A DNA stretch of 63,288 nucleotides, counting the filler, from Bigelowiella natans CCMP2755 (Eukaryota; Protista; Cercozoa), in NCBI GenBank assembly GCA_000320545.1. It is 4 parts of 4 records of this genome, joined end to end, with 100 filler letters (N's around TTAATTAATTAA, not from the genome) between each part and the next. Parts side by side here need not be neighbours in the genome. Positions count along the whole stretch, not along the records: positions 1 to 27,179 come from ADNK01002614.1; positions 27,280 to 51,492 come from ADNK01002145.1; 2 more parts are not named here. One strand, given 5' to 3'. Below the pieces are notes generated by a model. It searched no databases and was not told where the DNA came from. It worked only from the letters and a program-made list of their open reading frames with translations. Shown piece by piece: positions 25,898 through 40,200 of this stretch. Positions within the stretch are counted from its first letter, which is position 1. The number at the start of each line of letters is the position of its first letter. Both the position numbers and the translations under genes were made by a program.

Positions 25898-26990
25898 ATG
25901 GCCGATGTGTATGTTCTTGCAGGCGCTTTGCAAAGGACTTCGCTCTCTTTGAAGGAGCTTCTTCTTCGTCTTCGAAGCCTATTGCTGGTGCGGAGCCTGA
26001 GAATAATTACTCCCATCCATTCTTTATCGACGATTTTTTTTTTTTTTACTATTTCTTTTTCGATGCTGTTTCTTACCAGCGCGAGTGGAGCAGGAATAGA
26101 GAACAAGTCCGACAGCGGAGGAGGAAGTGCTGATGAGGAGGAAACCAGAGGCGCAGTCGATGAGTCTCTGCCCGATGAGCTCGACTTTTTCGGGGAAAAC
26201 AGACGGGCAGATGCCACATCCAAGAAGAAGAAAAAGGAGATCAATAGGGAGGGGGAGGAGGAGAATCTTGGAGAGGTAGTAGTAGATCGTAAGACGTGGC
26301 TATAGCTGGTTTTCAAGGCGTTTCATAATGAGGGAAGTAGGGGGGGGGGGGGGGGTTAAACGATGTAGCTATAGCAGTCATAATGGCTGCAACTCGAGCT
26401 AATATAAAACCCCCCTCTTGCCTTATTCCTCGACGTCAACTCTCCAGGATGATGATGATGATGATGATGGCAAAGAAATGGGTGGTGGCGAGGGCATCGT
26501 AACGCAAAATGACCCAAATGGCGCGAGGCGCATGAAGGCCTTACGCAAGCGCTTGGGGCTCCACGTGAAAGGCACAGACATCCCGGATGCGATCACGTCG
26601 TTCAATGAGCTCGAAACACGCTATAAGGTTCCGAAGTATCTTTTAAACAACCTAAGAGAGGCTAAGCCCCATGGTTTTGGCTTCGGCGGGCCGACTCCTA
26701 TCCAATCCCAAGCGATACCGTGCTTACTCTCCAGGCAAGATGTAAGTTGGCTGTAGCCTTATTTTCCTTCTTTATCTGTCTGACTCTCTTACGTTCGCGT
26801 CGGGGGGCAATTGCGGCAAACGGTCCATAAGTGCTCTTTCCGGCGTTATATCTTGTGCGGATAATGACAAAGGTTGATCGTTGTACGATTTGCTGCAGGT
26901 GCTAGCATGTGCCCCGACGGGATCGGGAAAGACAGTCGCGTTCTCCCTGCCAATGCTGCACAACCTCATAGCTCCAAGGAGGGAGGGGGT
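25898..26990 (+). CDS. DDX52: DEAD-box RNA helicase DDX52/ROK1-like, 5' part (cut by gap)
   Basis: ELDFFG; LRKRLGLHVKGTDIPDAITSFNEL..GF.GPTPIQSQAIP (Q motif); VLACAPTGSGKTVAF (motif I). Start approximate. Confidence 0.8.
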
Positions 26991-27179
26991 GAGTGAGGGC
27001 GTGCATGTTCCAATGGGGATGGGGGGGGGGAGGGGGGGGGAGGGGGGAACTTCTTTTTTCGCTTTCCTACGCCATAGCACGTACTTGTTGCTGTCACAGC
27101 CTTATCATTGCCATCGATACCATCATCACAAGAATTTGGTGTAGATGTTGTTTTGTCTATTTTATTTTTAATAGTTGGG

Positions 27180-27279
27180 NNNNNNNNNNNNNNNNNNNNN
27201 NNNNNNNNNNNNNNNNNNNNNNNTTAATTAATTAANNNNNNNNNNNNNNNNNNNNNNNNNNNNNNNNNNNNNNNNNNNN
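27180..27279. other. Assembly gap spacer (44N-TTAATTAATTAA-44N)
   Basis: The same 100-bp construct occurs three times; six-frame-stop linker. Confidence 0.98.
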
Positions 27280-27287
27280 GATTCTCA

Positions 27288-27319
<32 letters not shown>

Positions 27320-28571
27320 GCAGCACATGGATAAATCAACACATGGTCTCCATCGGAACCTACTCCTCGACGAAAAAGTTCTGCAAAGGCTCGAGTGCTT
27401 TGGGGGCTGCTGTAGCAGGGTTATTGAACGGCTTCTTCCCTTGACCTCAAGGGTCTCTCGATGAATGGACCCCGAGGCTCAAGCTGCCACGATGGCAGTG
27501 GAGCAAGTCGATTCGGCGCCAAAAGCTGATAGTAGCGAGGTTGTCGACTGCCTCTTCCAGCAGTGCCGTTTGGAGGTATCCCCTACGTCGTCTTCCCATT
27601 TTATCTGATAATGTCGGTGAAACAAGGATGATGATGATGGCTCTCATATTATTATGGTAATTATATCGTAGTTGTTCGCATGCCTCGCGAATACGGTCTG
27701 TGCTGCCAACTTGGTATGCCTCTCCCAGTGTACCGGAAAGCCAGATGAAAGCGCTTGTCAGGTAGCAGTTGCAGAGCATAGCACATCAATCATTAATCGA
27801 TGTCACTACGATATATTTCCTCCCCCCCCCCCTTACTATTGTGTCGGTGTTTTGGCGCGTGCAGGTGTCGAACAATGTCGTCGTAACCCCCCCCCCCCCC
27901 CCCCCCCTCTTCTTATCTCTGTGCAGCATTAGGTTTTCGTGTACGTTTGGTCGCTGCGCTTCAACCGGTTCTGCCACATCCAAAGACTCTCATTCCTTCC
28001 TCCTCCTCCTCCTCCTCCTCACCACCAACGCCGTTTTACTTCGATCTCACCAAGTCTTGTCCTTGCCAATCCGTTAATGAGGAGGGGGGGCGGGAGAAGG
28101 AAGAAGATCGTGCAGTTGATGGGGGAGGGACCAATGAAGCTACGAAGAGGAGGAGCAACACGCATAAGAAAGCGGGCCGGAAAAGAAAAAGGGTTGAATG
28201 CTGTAATCAGATATGAAGATGATAATGATAATGATAATGACGATGATTGGTGATGATGATGGTACGCGGCGTTGTATGATAAATTAGCATTTTAAGTATT
28301 CATCAGGTCTGTTTTCATCATTATCATCATTATTATTATTATTACTACTACAATCGTTTGTTTGGGACTGCTTGGATTCAGGATACAAATGCAGTTGCAG
28401 CGGCAGAGGCGCCTCCATTTTCCTCCTCCTCCTCACCATCATCGTCATCACAGTCAGCAGTACGTGGCAAGAATCACCCGCATGGCTCTGGTCATCATTC
28501 CCTACCAGACGGGGCGGCGGCATTGTGGACAGAGGCAATGGCACTACAAACGACCCTATATGTATGTATAC

Positions 28572-28603
<32 letters not shown>

Positions 28604-28680
28604 GGTTGTATTAGATGACGAACGTCATTCAAGCTCCAAGACTGGTTAGCTTATGTTGCTACTGCTTCTGTTAATATCAT

Positions 28681-28720
<40 letters not shown>

Positions 28721-30773
28721 CTCACACACACTCACACACACTCACACACACTCACACAATCAGCATATGAAACTGCCTTGTTGCATTTCTAGATTCACAG
28801 CCAAATGGCCGCTGAAACGCAGTCGCGTGGAGCAAAGGGCAGACTTCACACTGCGAGGCGCACAGCTTACATCTTGGCTTTCCAGGACTCTATGGCAAAA
28901 ACTGCTGCTAGGTGCGTCGTTCAAACTACCAACAGGGCATTATGGTGTTTGCACATGATCGCATAACACACACACGCGCGCGCATACACAATATGAAATT
29001 ATGATTTTTCTCCAAGAACTCGCCCAGACAGAGAGTCTCGTTACTATCAAAGCACAGATAGATACTAGTATGGTTGAGTCCTTTGTTCTTCGCATCTTTG
29101 ACATCCTCCGTTGGGTTTGTGTGAGTGTGAGTGTGAGTGTGAGTGTGAGTGTGAGTGTGTGTGTGTATGTTCCCAGGGATGTATCGAAGCGCTACGCAAT
29201 GCATTGGTCCTTGGTGCAAAAGTGGAGAAAGAAAATCAACCCGGTAGTGGAAACAGCAGCAGTGTATCTTATTGAATAATGATGATAATGATGATGACTG
29301 ACTGAAAATTCTCTTCCTTATTCTCCCCCCTCTCTCCCCCCTTCCTCTCTCCGCCTACTCAATCGTTATCTGTCTTACTGACTGACGGCACAGTTGTGGT
29401 GGAATGATACGGTCTTGATGGCGCATAAGTTAATGTCCATGCTGTACGAGGAAGAGAGAAGAGAGGGAGGATTGCTGCAATGTGATGAGCCCGATAGTAG
29501 TAGCAGTGGTGGTGGTGGTGGTAATAGTAGCAGCATGAGGAGTGCAAAGAAGCAGACGAAGAAGACTATAAAGGACAACAACAAAAATAAGAAGAAAAGG
29601 AGGCGGCATGATGACGCTATTATAGAGTCCAACTACCAGGAGGAGGATGGAGAGAAGGAGGAGGAGGACAAGGAAAAGGAAGAAGGTGGTTCTACTTTGC
29701 ACACATAAATACATACACGCATACACACACACACACACACACATTTTCTTGCTGCTGCGACAGCTTGCAGTTGTATCTTACTTCTGACTAGATCGATCTC
29801 TCCTTGGCTGCCTCCCCCCCCGTCTCCCTGTGTTGTTGAAAGCAGCTTGGGCCTGTTCGATTTGCACGTTCGTGAACAACAGAAATACGGGCTCTATGTG
29901 CGCCATGTGCGGCTCCAAGAGGAGGAGAGTGGAAATGAATGAGAAGTCCAAAAAAAGAAAGAGGGAAAAAAGGAAACAGGGGGGGGGTGAAGAAGGAGAT
30001 GCCAGCGCGTGTGCTACAAGCACAACTTCGTCGCTGACGGACGGCCTATCATCATCGTTGTCATCACCATCAGCACCACCTGTAAAGAAGAACAACGGTG
30101 AAGAAAGAGAGCACGATCACGACGACGATGATGCTAAAGAAGATGATGATCTCAACCAGTCAGTAGAGCAGGAACCTATTCCCCTCACCCTTGGAGAATG
30201 TAAGAAGCACCCCATCTACGCCGTTGAGCACTTTCTCACAAAGTTTCAGGTCTCTTTTCCTCCTATCTCCTTTCTCTCTACTTTGTGTGCCAGAGACTGG
30301 AAGATTACTACTACTAGTAGTAGTAGTAGTAGCAGTCCTGATATACGGCATATTCTTTCCTCCTCCTCCTCCACCTCCTCCTCCCCTCTTAATCTTATTT
30401 ATTCGTTTCCATTATGAGCAGTAAGCAGCACGAGGAAGAACAATGATAAATAACAACAACGACAACAACAACAACAACGTGTTTGTATTGAATAAGATTA
30501 ACTGAGATGACAAATTCAGGTGATACGTCCCAAGGGCAAAGAGCACATCGTAGGCACTATCATCAGGTCTTCTTCTTCTTCTTCTACTCCTTCTTCTACT
30601 CCTTCTTCTTCTTTCATGATTCATTCGATGATTTTGTTGCTTACAACGGGTGGTGGATGGAGATGGAAGAAGTCGAGAACAATAACTTATGTTATCTTAT
30701 CTGTGAGTCAGAATTGCACCGAGATTTTACACCATATGTGCGAGCGGCGTGCATGTGTGTGTGTGTGTGTGTG

Positions 30774-30811
<38 letters not shown>

Positions 30812-30812
30812 T

Positions 30813-30853
<41 letters not shown>

Positions 30854-31195
30854 TTTATTTCATATAACCCCTCCTTTTCATGCAGTGTTTGAAGTACAGC
30901 CGTATTCAGCTTTAATTTTTATTATGAACATTCCTCCTCCCCCCCTCCTCTTGTTGTTGATAGCAAAGGGAAGGTCTACCACGTCTATAGGCGATGTAAC
31001 GTGCACACCTTACAATCACGGGAGAAGTGGATTAGAAGCCTGAGGCAGGTGGTGTGCGGCCAGAATAGTCACAGTCGTTGTTGTTCCTGTAGTAGTAGTA
31101 GTAGTAGTAGTAGTATAGTAGCGGTGGTGGTGGTGGCAATAGCAATATAGCAGTAGTGAATTCCAAAACGTGCATCACGCATCTTTATCAATCAG

Positions 31196-31239
<44 letters not shown>

Positions 31240-31319
31240 ATCCGCAGGTGAAGGAGGGAGAAGATCCTGTTAAGCTTGTTCGAGGCCGAAGAGTAGACCT
31301 AACGCACACACACACACAC

Positions 31320-31371
<52 letters not shown>

Positions 31372-31501
31372 TCACAGAATATCGTGTAAATATGCTTGCT
31401 CATCATACTGTCGCCACACAAACAGCGGAAAGGCGAGGAGGAAGGACAGCAAATCGCACTCTTCGGAGAATGGTAGTTTATCTATCACCATGCATCAGAA
31501 G

Positions 31502-31537
<36 letters not shown>

Positions 31538-31619
31538 GTGTGTGTTGTGTGTGTACACAAACATCATCACACACAACTATACAACTGCCTGCTGCTGAAT
31601 GCGGTACTTCTTTGTTATG

Positions 31620-31655
<36 letters not shown>

Positions 31656-31920
31656 ACAGGCAAACCAACAGGTGGAAAAGGCCCAAAATCAACCAAGATG
31701 GAAGGTTCTCCACCTATTCTCATATTGTGTACATATAATATTTTTTTTAATATATATTTTTTACATATTAATATATTGGCCATACTCGAGTTTTGATTAT
31801 GAAGTTCTTTTGTGTGTGCGTGCGAACATCCTTAGCATACCAAGGAGCAAATATGGTCACGTTGAGGTCTGGACAAAAGGACATCTTCCTCTTGGCTGCC
31901 TGCATGTTGATCTGCCAAGG

Positions 31921-31954
<34 letters not shown>

Positions 31955-32508
31955 AACAATGCCATTCTTCGTCATCACCATGTGAGCCTTCTCTTTCTCC
32001 TCCTCCTTTTTCTTTCATATATTACCAATCGAAGATGTGAGAGGATAGCTAAAAAGCTGGGCATTCAATTCGCACCTGCAATGACAGGGTTTGAGGTAAA
32101 GTAGGAAGCAGCAGCAGCAGCAGCAGTAGTAGTAACAGCAGTGGAAGAAAAAACGCATAATTACATTAAAGAATATCCTTGAGATTATAATAAATTTCAC
32201 CATGGTCGCGTAATAGCTTCTTCCATGGCTGTAATTCAGGTCAAGTCGGGTCGATCCGTGCCAGTTATATCAGGAATTGTTGTGAGGGGAGAAGACGCGG
32301 AAATCGTAAAAATGGTAGCATTGTACTCACCTGCATGGGCGACAAAGTTTTTTCTCTTGATTCAAAACCAACAACAAGCATCGTCGTATGGAAGTGTTCT
32401 ATATAGCCGAGATCATATGTTAGAATTGCGGGATTGATAACATATTTGGTGTGCTCTTTCTCTTAGCCATGGCGAGTTGGCCGCCGTAACATGATTAGCA
32501 ATGCTGTG

Positions 32509-32543
<35 letters not shown>

Positions 32544-32895
32544 TCTGAGCATTATCATCAATCATCACCATCATCATCCTTAGGCATGGGCCGAGGTGGA
32601 AGAGGATCGTCGTCGGAAGAAGCAAGCAGCAGAAGACCGAATGTACAAGCGACTATGGCGAGAGCTCATCACAAACGTATGCCCAACAACAAAACAAACA
32701 CGCGCAATGATCAGATATCTGTTGGTGTTGGACGGCATCATCATCAATTATCAATTCGCCTTCTTCACGTCACCTGATCAATTTTCCGGCATAATGCCTA
32801 TATAGATCGTGGTGAAGCAGAAGATCATGCTGGGGACTGACATCGGCTATGGGGTTGAGATCGAAGTAGAAGAGAAGGAGGACGAGCAGAAAGAT

Positions 32896-32926
<31 letters not shown>

Positions 32927-33263
32927 GGAGGACTACGAGCACAAAGATGAGCACCAAAAAGTCCCGGAAAACTACTGGTAAAAGATCGACATTTTCTTAT
33001 CGTAGAACGCTCCGACCCATTGTGACTTCTTGTTGTGCCCATCTTGCGGTTGTGCAGGCAGCAAAAATGGGAAGAAAGAGAAGGAGAGGAAGAAGAAGAA
33101 AGAGCCTAGAGAGCCCCGAACAAGCCCAAAAGAAAAAAGTCTCAGCGGAATACATACGCACGATTTTCCGGAGTCTAAATACAGATGTATCGATAAGGCA
33201 GAAAACCTTTGGGAAAAAACTTGTACAATCTGCGGGATGAAAGTACAATGGAATGAACTTTGA
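27280..33263 (+). CDS. XPC: DNA repair protein XPC/Rad4 (5' end lost in gap)
   Basis: DVSKRYA..W, LWWNDTV, EPIPLTLGECKKHPIYAVEHFLTKFQ, VHTLQSREKW, VKEGEDPVK, LFGEW, IPRSKYGHVEVW..LPLGCLHV, IAKKLGIQFAPAMTGFE, PVISGIVV, LWRELI, and C-terminal HTHDF..CTICGMKVQWNEL*. Confidence 0.92.
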
Positions 33264-34327
33264 TGGCCTCGCCCAGACACACCCAGATTCATTGTAGTTG
33301 TTGGCTGATGACGCTAATCCATCTCACGCTAGATCTAGTAAATAATGTTATAACGATTCGAACAAATAACAACAAGCACATTGTTGAATCCATTAATTGG
33401 TGCAATGCGATGCAACGCTAGAACGCTAGAACGCTCGTGCATGCATGAAATCATGAAACACATCGTGTCTGTTGCACAGTCACATCAAATCATGCAGCAG
33501 CCAACTCGCCAACCCAGTCTAGCAATGCTAGCTAGCTAGAATGATGCACGCTAGCGCAAGGCAAAATGACTGGACAATTGCATCGTCTGCGTCATTACAC
33601 ACAGCTAGAGAGGAGCGCCACGCTGACTGAAGGATTCTCTAGTTTGCATTTCACTCTCTAGCCCTCCCAAACAGTCATGCTGCTGTGTTGCATTCTAGCA
33701 GTGTCATTGCAAACTAGCAAATCTAAGTGCTAGAATGCAGTGACTAACAGCTAGACAGATAACGAAAACTCAATGCCACTAGACTATGTGGGTGCATGCT
33801 AGCTAGCTAGTCATGCGTCTAACTAGCTAAATGTGCAGGTGTGGTTACATTTATTCACTTTTTCTAGTTTTGGTCACAGCACTCAATCTAAGATGTGCGA
33901 CGTTCCTTGTGCAAGCATGGATCTTCGTAGCTAGATAGCCATAGATTCGGCTATCGGCGGCAATGTGTGAGGAAACGTGCACATACAGCAAACATGCACA
34001 CAGAGCACACATGAGATGTGACGAGAAAGCCAAAGAAATACCTACACAATGTCTCATTTCTAGCAATATCGTAATAACCAAAAGCGTTAAACAACAATGC
34101 TAGTATTGCACATCAATTTAGACGATGTTATCTGTGTTGGTTTTAACTTATTCACATGTCCTGACATTGTGCAGAGATTGGATAGCAATTAGCCGAATTT
34201 GCATTCTCCTGATGCCACAGACGCTCCAAGCTTACCACCCTCCACCAGTACAGCTACACGATCGTCGTTGTGATTGCTCTGTTGATGGTGATGGCGACGA
34301 TCAAGATGAATAAGAGGATTCGAACGA

Positions 34328-34925
34328 TTAGCAGGGAAGGTGTACCACGTGAGCTGGAGAAGGGTGATGATGATGCGTCTTCTTCTTTATCTGCTTCTTT
34401 TCATCTTGGCATTTGCAAGGTATCTTGCCCCCCCCCTCCTGCTGCTGCTGAGACAACTTGTGTGCCGCCGTTGAAACCCCAACGCCGTTAACTCCCCCCC
34501 CCCCCTCTCCCCATGCTGCCGCTGTTGGGACTGCTACAGCTTGTGGCGGTGATGATGACACGTGGCCGAGGCCGCATACACGCAAGCATGCTGATAGCCA
34601 TTTAGGAGTCCTCAGCCACGAGTACCAAATCTCAAACATGAAACCAAGAACGATTGTTTAAGACGCCATCTCCCGGAACAGCCCTCTGCAGCAGCAACGT
34701 CGGTGTAGTAAGTAGCAAAAGCCAGTAGACTAGTTTAAATTTGCTTCTAATGGTTTATGAACTTACCCCCCCCCTCGTTGCCTGGAGCGGTAGAAGGGGC
34801 TGATATCCCCAGAGGAGGACTCTCGCATCCCCATTTGGGCGTGAAACAAAACTGCTGAAACCCATGCAAAGGGACACCCGCTTACCAACACAAGGAAGAT
34901 CATCACCTGTGTGTGTGTGTGTGCC

Positions 34926-34975
<50 letters not shown>

Positions 34976-35591
34976 GACGTTGTTGGTTATTTCACCATGA
35001 GTGCATGCTAGAACGGCAAATGGTGGTAGCAATGAGAGGAATGTGAGAAGTAGTACTACTATTATCTTCTTCTTCTTCTTCTTCTTCTTCTTCTTCTTCT
35101 TCTTCTGCCTTACCTTCTCCATATTTTCTCCCACCATCCTTTCTTCCCCTCCCCCTTCTCCTCCCCCATCACCTACATGACCTTCACGTGAGAGATACGC
35201 GCTGTCTGGCCAACGCTGCGGTGATTGTACTGGCTTAATACGGCTGCATCCCCCCCCCCCCCTCCCTCAATTCCTTTCTCTCCGATGGCTACCAGCTCGG
35301 GTACGACGCCCATTGTCGTTCCAAAAGGAGTGACATTTGCCACTGTTTTCCTCAGCCTGTAGTTGAGTTTGATCAGAGAGTGTCCGATGAGTGTCAGGGA
35401 TACGCAATGAAGACCCTAAGGTGTAGCATTATGATCTATTACAATATCGATGATGATGATGATGATGATATGATGATAATGATGATATTGATGATAGTGA
35501 CAATGATAGTGGCATCCTTGCCCTCTTCTTCCACTCCCCATAAAGGAAAAAACGACTAACAAACGACAGAAGAACGATATCAAGGAAAAGA

Positions 35592-35637
<46 letters not shown>

Positions 35638-36396
35638 CTAACAGTGGCCAATGTAAAGAATACAGCAGGAACTTGCCAGGGATACACATCAGCACCAGCA
35701 ACTGCTACAACGTAGCCTAGCAGACCGAAGAGAATCATCCTATTACCGACAACGACAACCATTATATGTACATATTAGTATATCATGAAACAAGCAATTA
35801 ACGGGAGGAGGAAGGACGAAAGTCTGACAAAATAAAAAACATGAACTATAATAATACTTTATTTAATATATATATTTTTTATATACATATATGTATATTT
35901 GTGTGTGTGTGTGTGTGTTTGTGTGAGCCCCAAGAAACTACATTCCATCATCTTTGTTTTCGCAATGGCTAAAACTATAACGTCGTCATCGTCGCCTAAG
36001 CATCGATTGATATCTTCCATCTTCTATCTTCTATCTTCTTCTTCTATCTTCAATCACTGCTAGTACAACCAGTACAGCTTTGCGAAAAATGGTTTCTTGC
36101 CGCTGCTACTGCTACTTTGCGATGATAACGACACCAGTGGTTTCCTCCCCCCCCCTCCTCCTCCATTATTCTTGTCGTCCTTTTTATCCCCCTCCATCTG
36201 GTGGTGGGGCACAGGCCCCCTTATTCCCCATATCTGCGAAGCTACGAGAAGAATGGCTGCCAAGGCCAGGACGCACTTGATCGAGTCAGATATCAACAGT
36301 CCCCCGAAGAATAGCAGCAATGTAGTTCCAGCGAGGGGGACGAGGAAAAGCCCCAGCAGCACAACGCAGAATATCTACGAGTGTATGTGCGCGTGT

Positions 36397-36438
<42 letters not shown>

Positions 36439-37128
36439 ACGTGCGCAAAATGTTCTAAATGTCTAAAGGACAAGAAATGGAGGGCATGATGATTCGGCTA
36501 GTTGGTGACGATCTACATGAAAGCATGAAAAAATTGTCAAGCAACCGCTAAGGAAGAGAATACCACCGATTTCATCGCAATCAGCCTCGTGTTACGCTGG
36601 CGAGGGGAGCTTGAAGGCGATGAGGAGGAGGAGGACGATGCGCCCGTCAACCTTCTTCTCGAAAGTATAGAGAAAGGATTAAAAGCAGAGAGACTAGTCC
36701 ATATCGAGGAGGAGGAGGAGGAATCCCTCCCCACCCCTGCGCTGCTGGCAGTGGTCGCTCTTGTTCTCATCGCAGCAGAATTATTGACAGCAGCCGCAAC
36801 ATCAGCGTGGAATTGAGGTGAGCTCGAGGAGATAGTGCGGCGGCGGTAGTTTATCTTATGAGGTTGTTGCTGTTGTTGTTGTTGATGATGATGATGATGA
36901 TGATGATGCTGGTGGTGGTATTCTTGCAGAGGGAGACTGCCGCCTTTGTTTACAATTGCACCTGGAGGAGTAGACCATGAACGGCAACGTGGACTGCTGC
37001 CGGTAGCTACGATGGGGGGGGGGGGGGGGGGGATGGCTGCTACCATGACATGACCAGTGTCAATACCAGCAGTAGCACCAGCAGCATCAGTTACGACGGG
37101 GGAGATGGCCGGGGAAGCTATGCAAGTT

Positions 37129-37161
<33 letters not shown>

Positions 37162-37249
37162 ATGCCACCGTGAACAGCAGCAGCAGAAGCAGCAGGAGCA
37201 GTTTTAGGAGGAGGGGGAGAAGGAGCTGCTGCTGCAGGGACATCGTCAC

Positions 37250-37283
<34 letters not shown>

Positions 37284-40200
37284 TACATTGCTACAGTTGA
37301 TGCTGGTATGGTTGCTCTGCTTCTCCTCGTTCGCAACAAGCATAACGCCCCCCCCTCCTTCATGCATTTCCTCCTCCTCTACTACTACTATAGCCTTGTC
37401 CTCAGTATCAATCTCCCCCTCCCCTCCTCCTCCTCCTCCTCCTCCTCTTACTGTTGACCCCCCCGCCGTAGTAGTAGGTGCTGCTGCCGTTTCTCCAGTA
37501 GTAACATCATCAATTCTCCCACGACTGGTGTTGGAGCTCGGAACTACTACTACCAGTGTCCCTGCCGCCGTCACCACTTTGTCATCATTTCTCTCCTCAC
37601 ACCTCGCTTTATCATCATCATCGATGCGAGCACTGTGGCATGAGGAAGCTGATATCAACCCATTGTTGGGGGGCCGAAATTGGGCTGCCTCCGCATCCTT
37701 TTCCTCCTCCTCCTCCTCCTCATCTTTAAAGGGAGATGTGAGAGGATAAATACCGTTTGCTTCCATCTCAAGCACAAACACAGCCCAATTTGTCCTCAGC
37801 CTCCTTGCAGCATCGAATTCGCCATCATCGTCATCATCGTCAGCATCATCTCCCGACAATGCAAGCGTGACGTGCGTGGTGAAATGGAAGCATTTCTGCA
37901 GGGAAATTGGAGTGTGATGCCAACGCTGGATGGAGAAGAGCCCTCCCTCCTGTTCCGGCCCCTCCCCATCTTTTCCCTCCTCCTTATTTCCCTCGTTGCT
38001 GCTGCTGCTGCTGCTGCTGCAGTGTTCGCGCTGATGCGTGCCGGCGGTGGGTAGCGATTGTAGATGTAGCGCCACCTTTATCGAGCCCGGACTCAATCGA
38101 AAGGCTACCACGTCCTCTTCCGGGATCTTCGCATCAGCAGTCACCAAACAGGCTCGACGACGGGCTTCCTCCTGCTCACCAACATCGTAGAAATTAAGGT
38201 CCTCAAACGTCATCATTAGTCGCCAGAACGTCGGTTGGCCTGGTGACAAACGATGAGTAATGATACCAACAATGGAAAGAATACAAAGGATGAACACAAT
38301 GATACGTGGAGATGAAACGCTCAGAAAGATTTGCGAGGTCTCTTTATACTCGCATCCATCGCCCAGTAGAGGGGGGGGGGGGGGGACGTGAGATCCCCAG
38401 GAAGTAGTAGGTAAGTACTCATATCATTCTAATAAAGTAAAATCATCAATATGTTGCGCGTTTACCGCAGTCTTCTTTCTCATCCCATCTTTGTAAACAT
38501 GCTACACAGATTTCTAGGCAGCAAGTATTCTCTCGTCTCCTATCAATCACTACTACCATTGATGGTGATGGCCTCTGATGACTGCTGCTGATGCTGCTGC
38601 TGGTGCTCCTACTACCGCTAGTACTGGTTGTAGCATTTGAGCTGCTGCTGGCAGTGGTCTTGCTACTGCTGCAGCAGCTTTCTTGATGTCCCCCGCCCCC
38701 GCTACGACGATCCCAATCATCATGATTCCTGGTGTTGTGCTGCAGGCGAGTCATCTTATTGACGCTTGCATTCTGATGTTGCCGCTGCCGATGCTGGCCA
38801 TTATTCTGTTTGATCTCATGAGGAGAGAAAACTGCCGCGCTTCTTCGTCCTCCATTTCTTCCCATCGTCGCAACAGCAGCAGCATTCCCCCCTCCCCCCT
38901 TCCTCCTCCTGTCTGGGAAGAAGGAGCATCTTAAGTGCTGCTCAACCGCATAATCTCCCTCATTTTCGTTGTCTGCCTCCTCCTCCTCTGTGATGGCCAT
39001 CATCGCTCTTGGGCCATTTGGATTGCTGTAGCAGCAGCAGCAGCAGTGTGATTTAAAAGAAGGATGAGAACGGAGGAGTAGGAATACGTACGGGGGTGGG
39101 GGAGGGGACGAAAAGTGAATGCTAAATGCTAATTCTCTGTTTTCTCCTTCGCCTCAAACACGCACAGAAAGGCACATACGACATGCATAGTAGTCCTTCT
39201 AAGGTACGACCTAAAAGCACCTCGAGCAGCGCTGTCATTCTCTCCGGAAAACGATGTTGCGGTTGTTGAGCCAGAGGACGACGGCAAACAGCTCTTATCT
39301 AAATAATGACGTTGCTGTCTCACACTCATCCCGCTACCTTCTTTTTCCTCACCGTTGACATCATCTTTATTATCGGTTTGGAAGTGTTGTCGATGATTAT
39401 CTTCATGTGAAGAGACAACGACGTCCATTATCGCCAATGGGCCGTCCGGTTTTCTATATAGAGGGTAGTAGACACCGGTGGGATGATGGGATCGTAGTTA
39501 TGATAAAGATAGGAATGTGGTGAGGTTGGCGATTAGAACAACATGATTTAATGAGGGTTGAAACGCATTTACTATCTCACAAGGTCTCAATATGATAGAA
39601 AGCACATGGTTCCTCCTCTTGTGTCCAGATTGATCTCTTCCCTGCCCCCCCACCCCATACGAAGGTAAACAGATGATGACCTGTACGTGGTGTCCGCCCA
39701 CATCATGGCCTTGTTTTTTTGTTCCATCGCAGCTATTGCTTGTTGTCGATTTCTTTTCATTTCTGTACTATCGCTATTGCATCCCTTTGGTAGGGACAGC
39801 GCCTGTGGTGCTGCTGCTGCCATAGGCTGGTGGTTATGCTGCTGCTGCTCTCTTAGCAACAACCATTGGCTGGGATACATTGATGTCTTGCTGTACGATT
39901 CTGACGGCATTATGGTCGAAGGCGATTGGTCATGCAAAGACGACAAGTACGAAGAATTGGTATGGGTTCTTGCTAACAGTTGTGGCGATAGAGCTTTTTC
40001 TTTAGCGCCCGTCGTAACCATCATCTCCTTTTGGATATTATCGTTCTTCCTATTGTTGTTCCTGCTGGTGATGCCGCTGCTGAGTAGCTGCTGCTGCGGT
40101 GGTGGAGGTGGTGGTGGTGAAATTGAAAGAAAGGACCTGAGAGCAAATTCTAGCATTCTATCCCCGCTACTACTCTTGTAATTTCCGCATCCAGCTCCTT

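Noticed and set aside
27224-27235. TTAATTAATTAA palindrome repeated three times within N runs
   Set aside because: Artificial scaffold linker. Adjacency across these gaps should not be trusted.
33401-33840. Ordinary CpG methylation decay or fungal-type RIP as the cause of TG/CA excess
   Set aside because: CG persists while TA is lost and CTAG is enriched. C>T processes predict the opposite.
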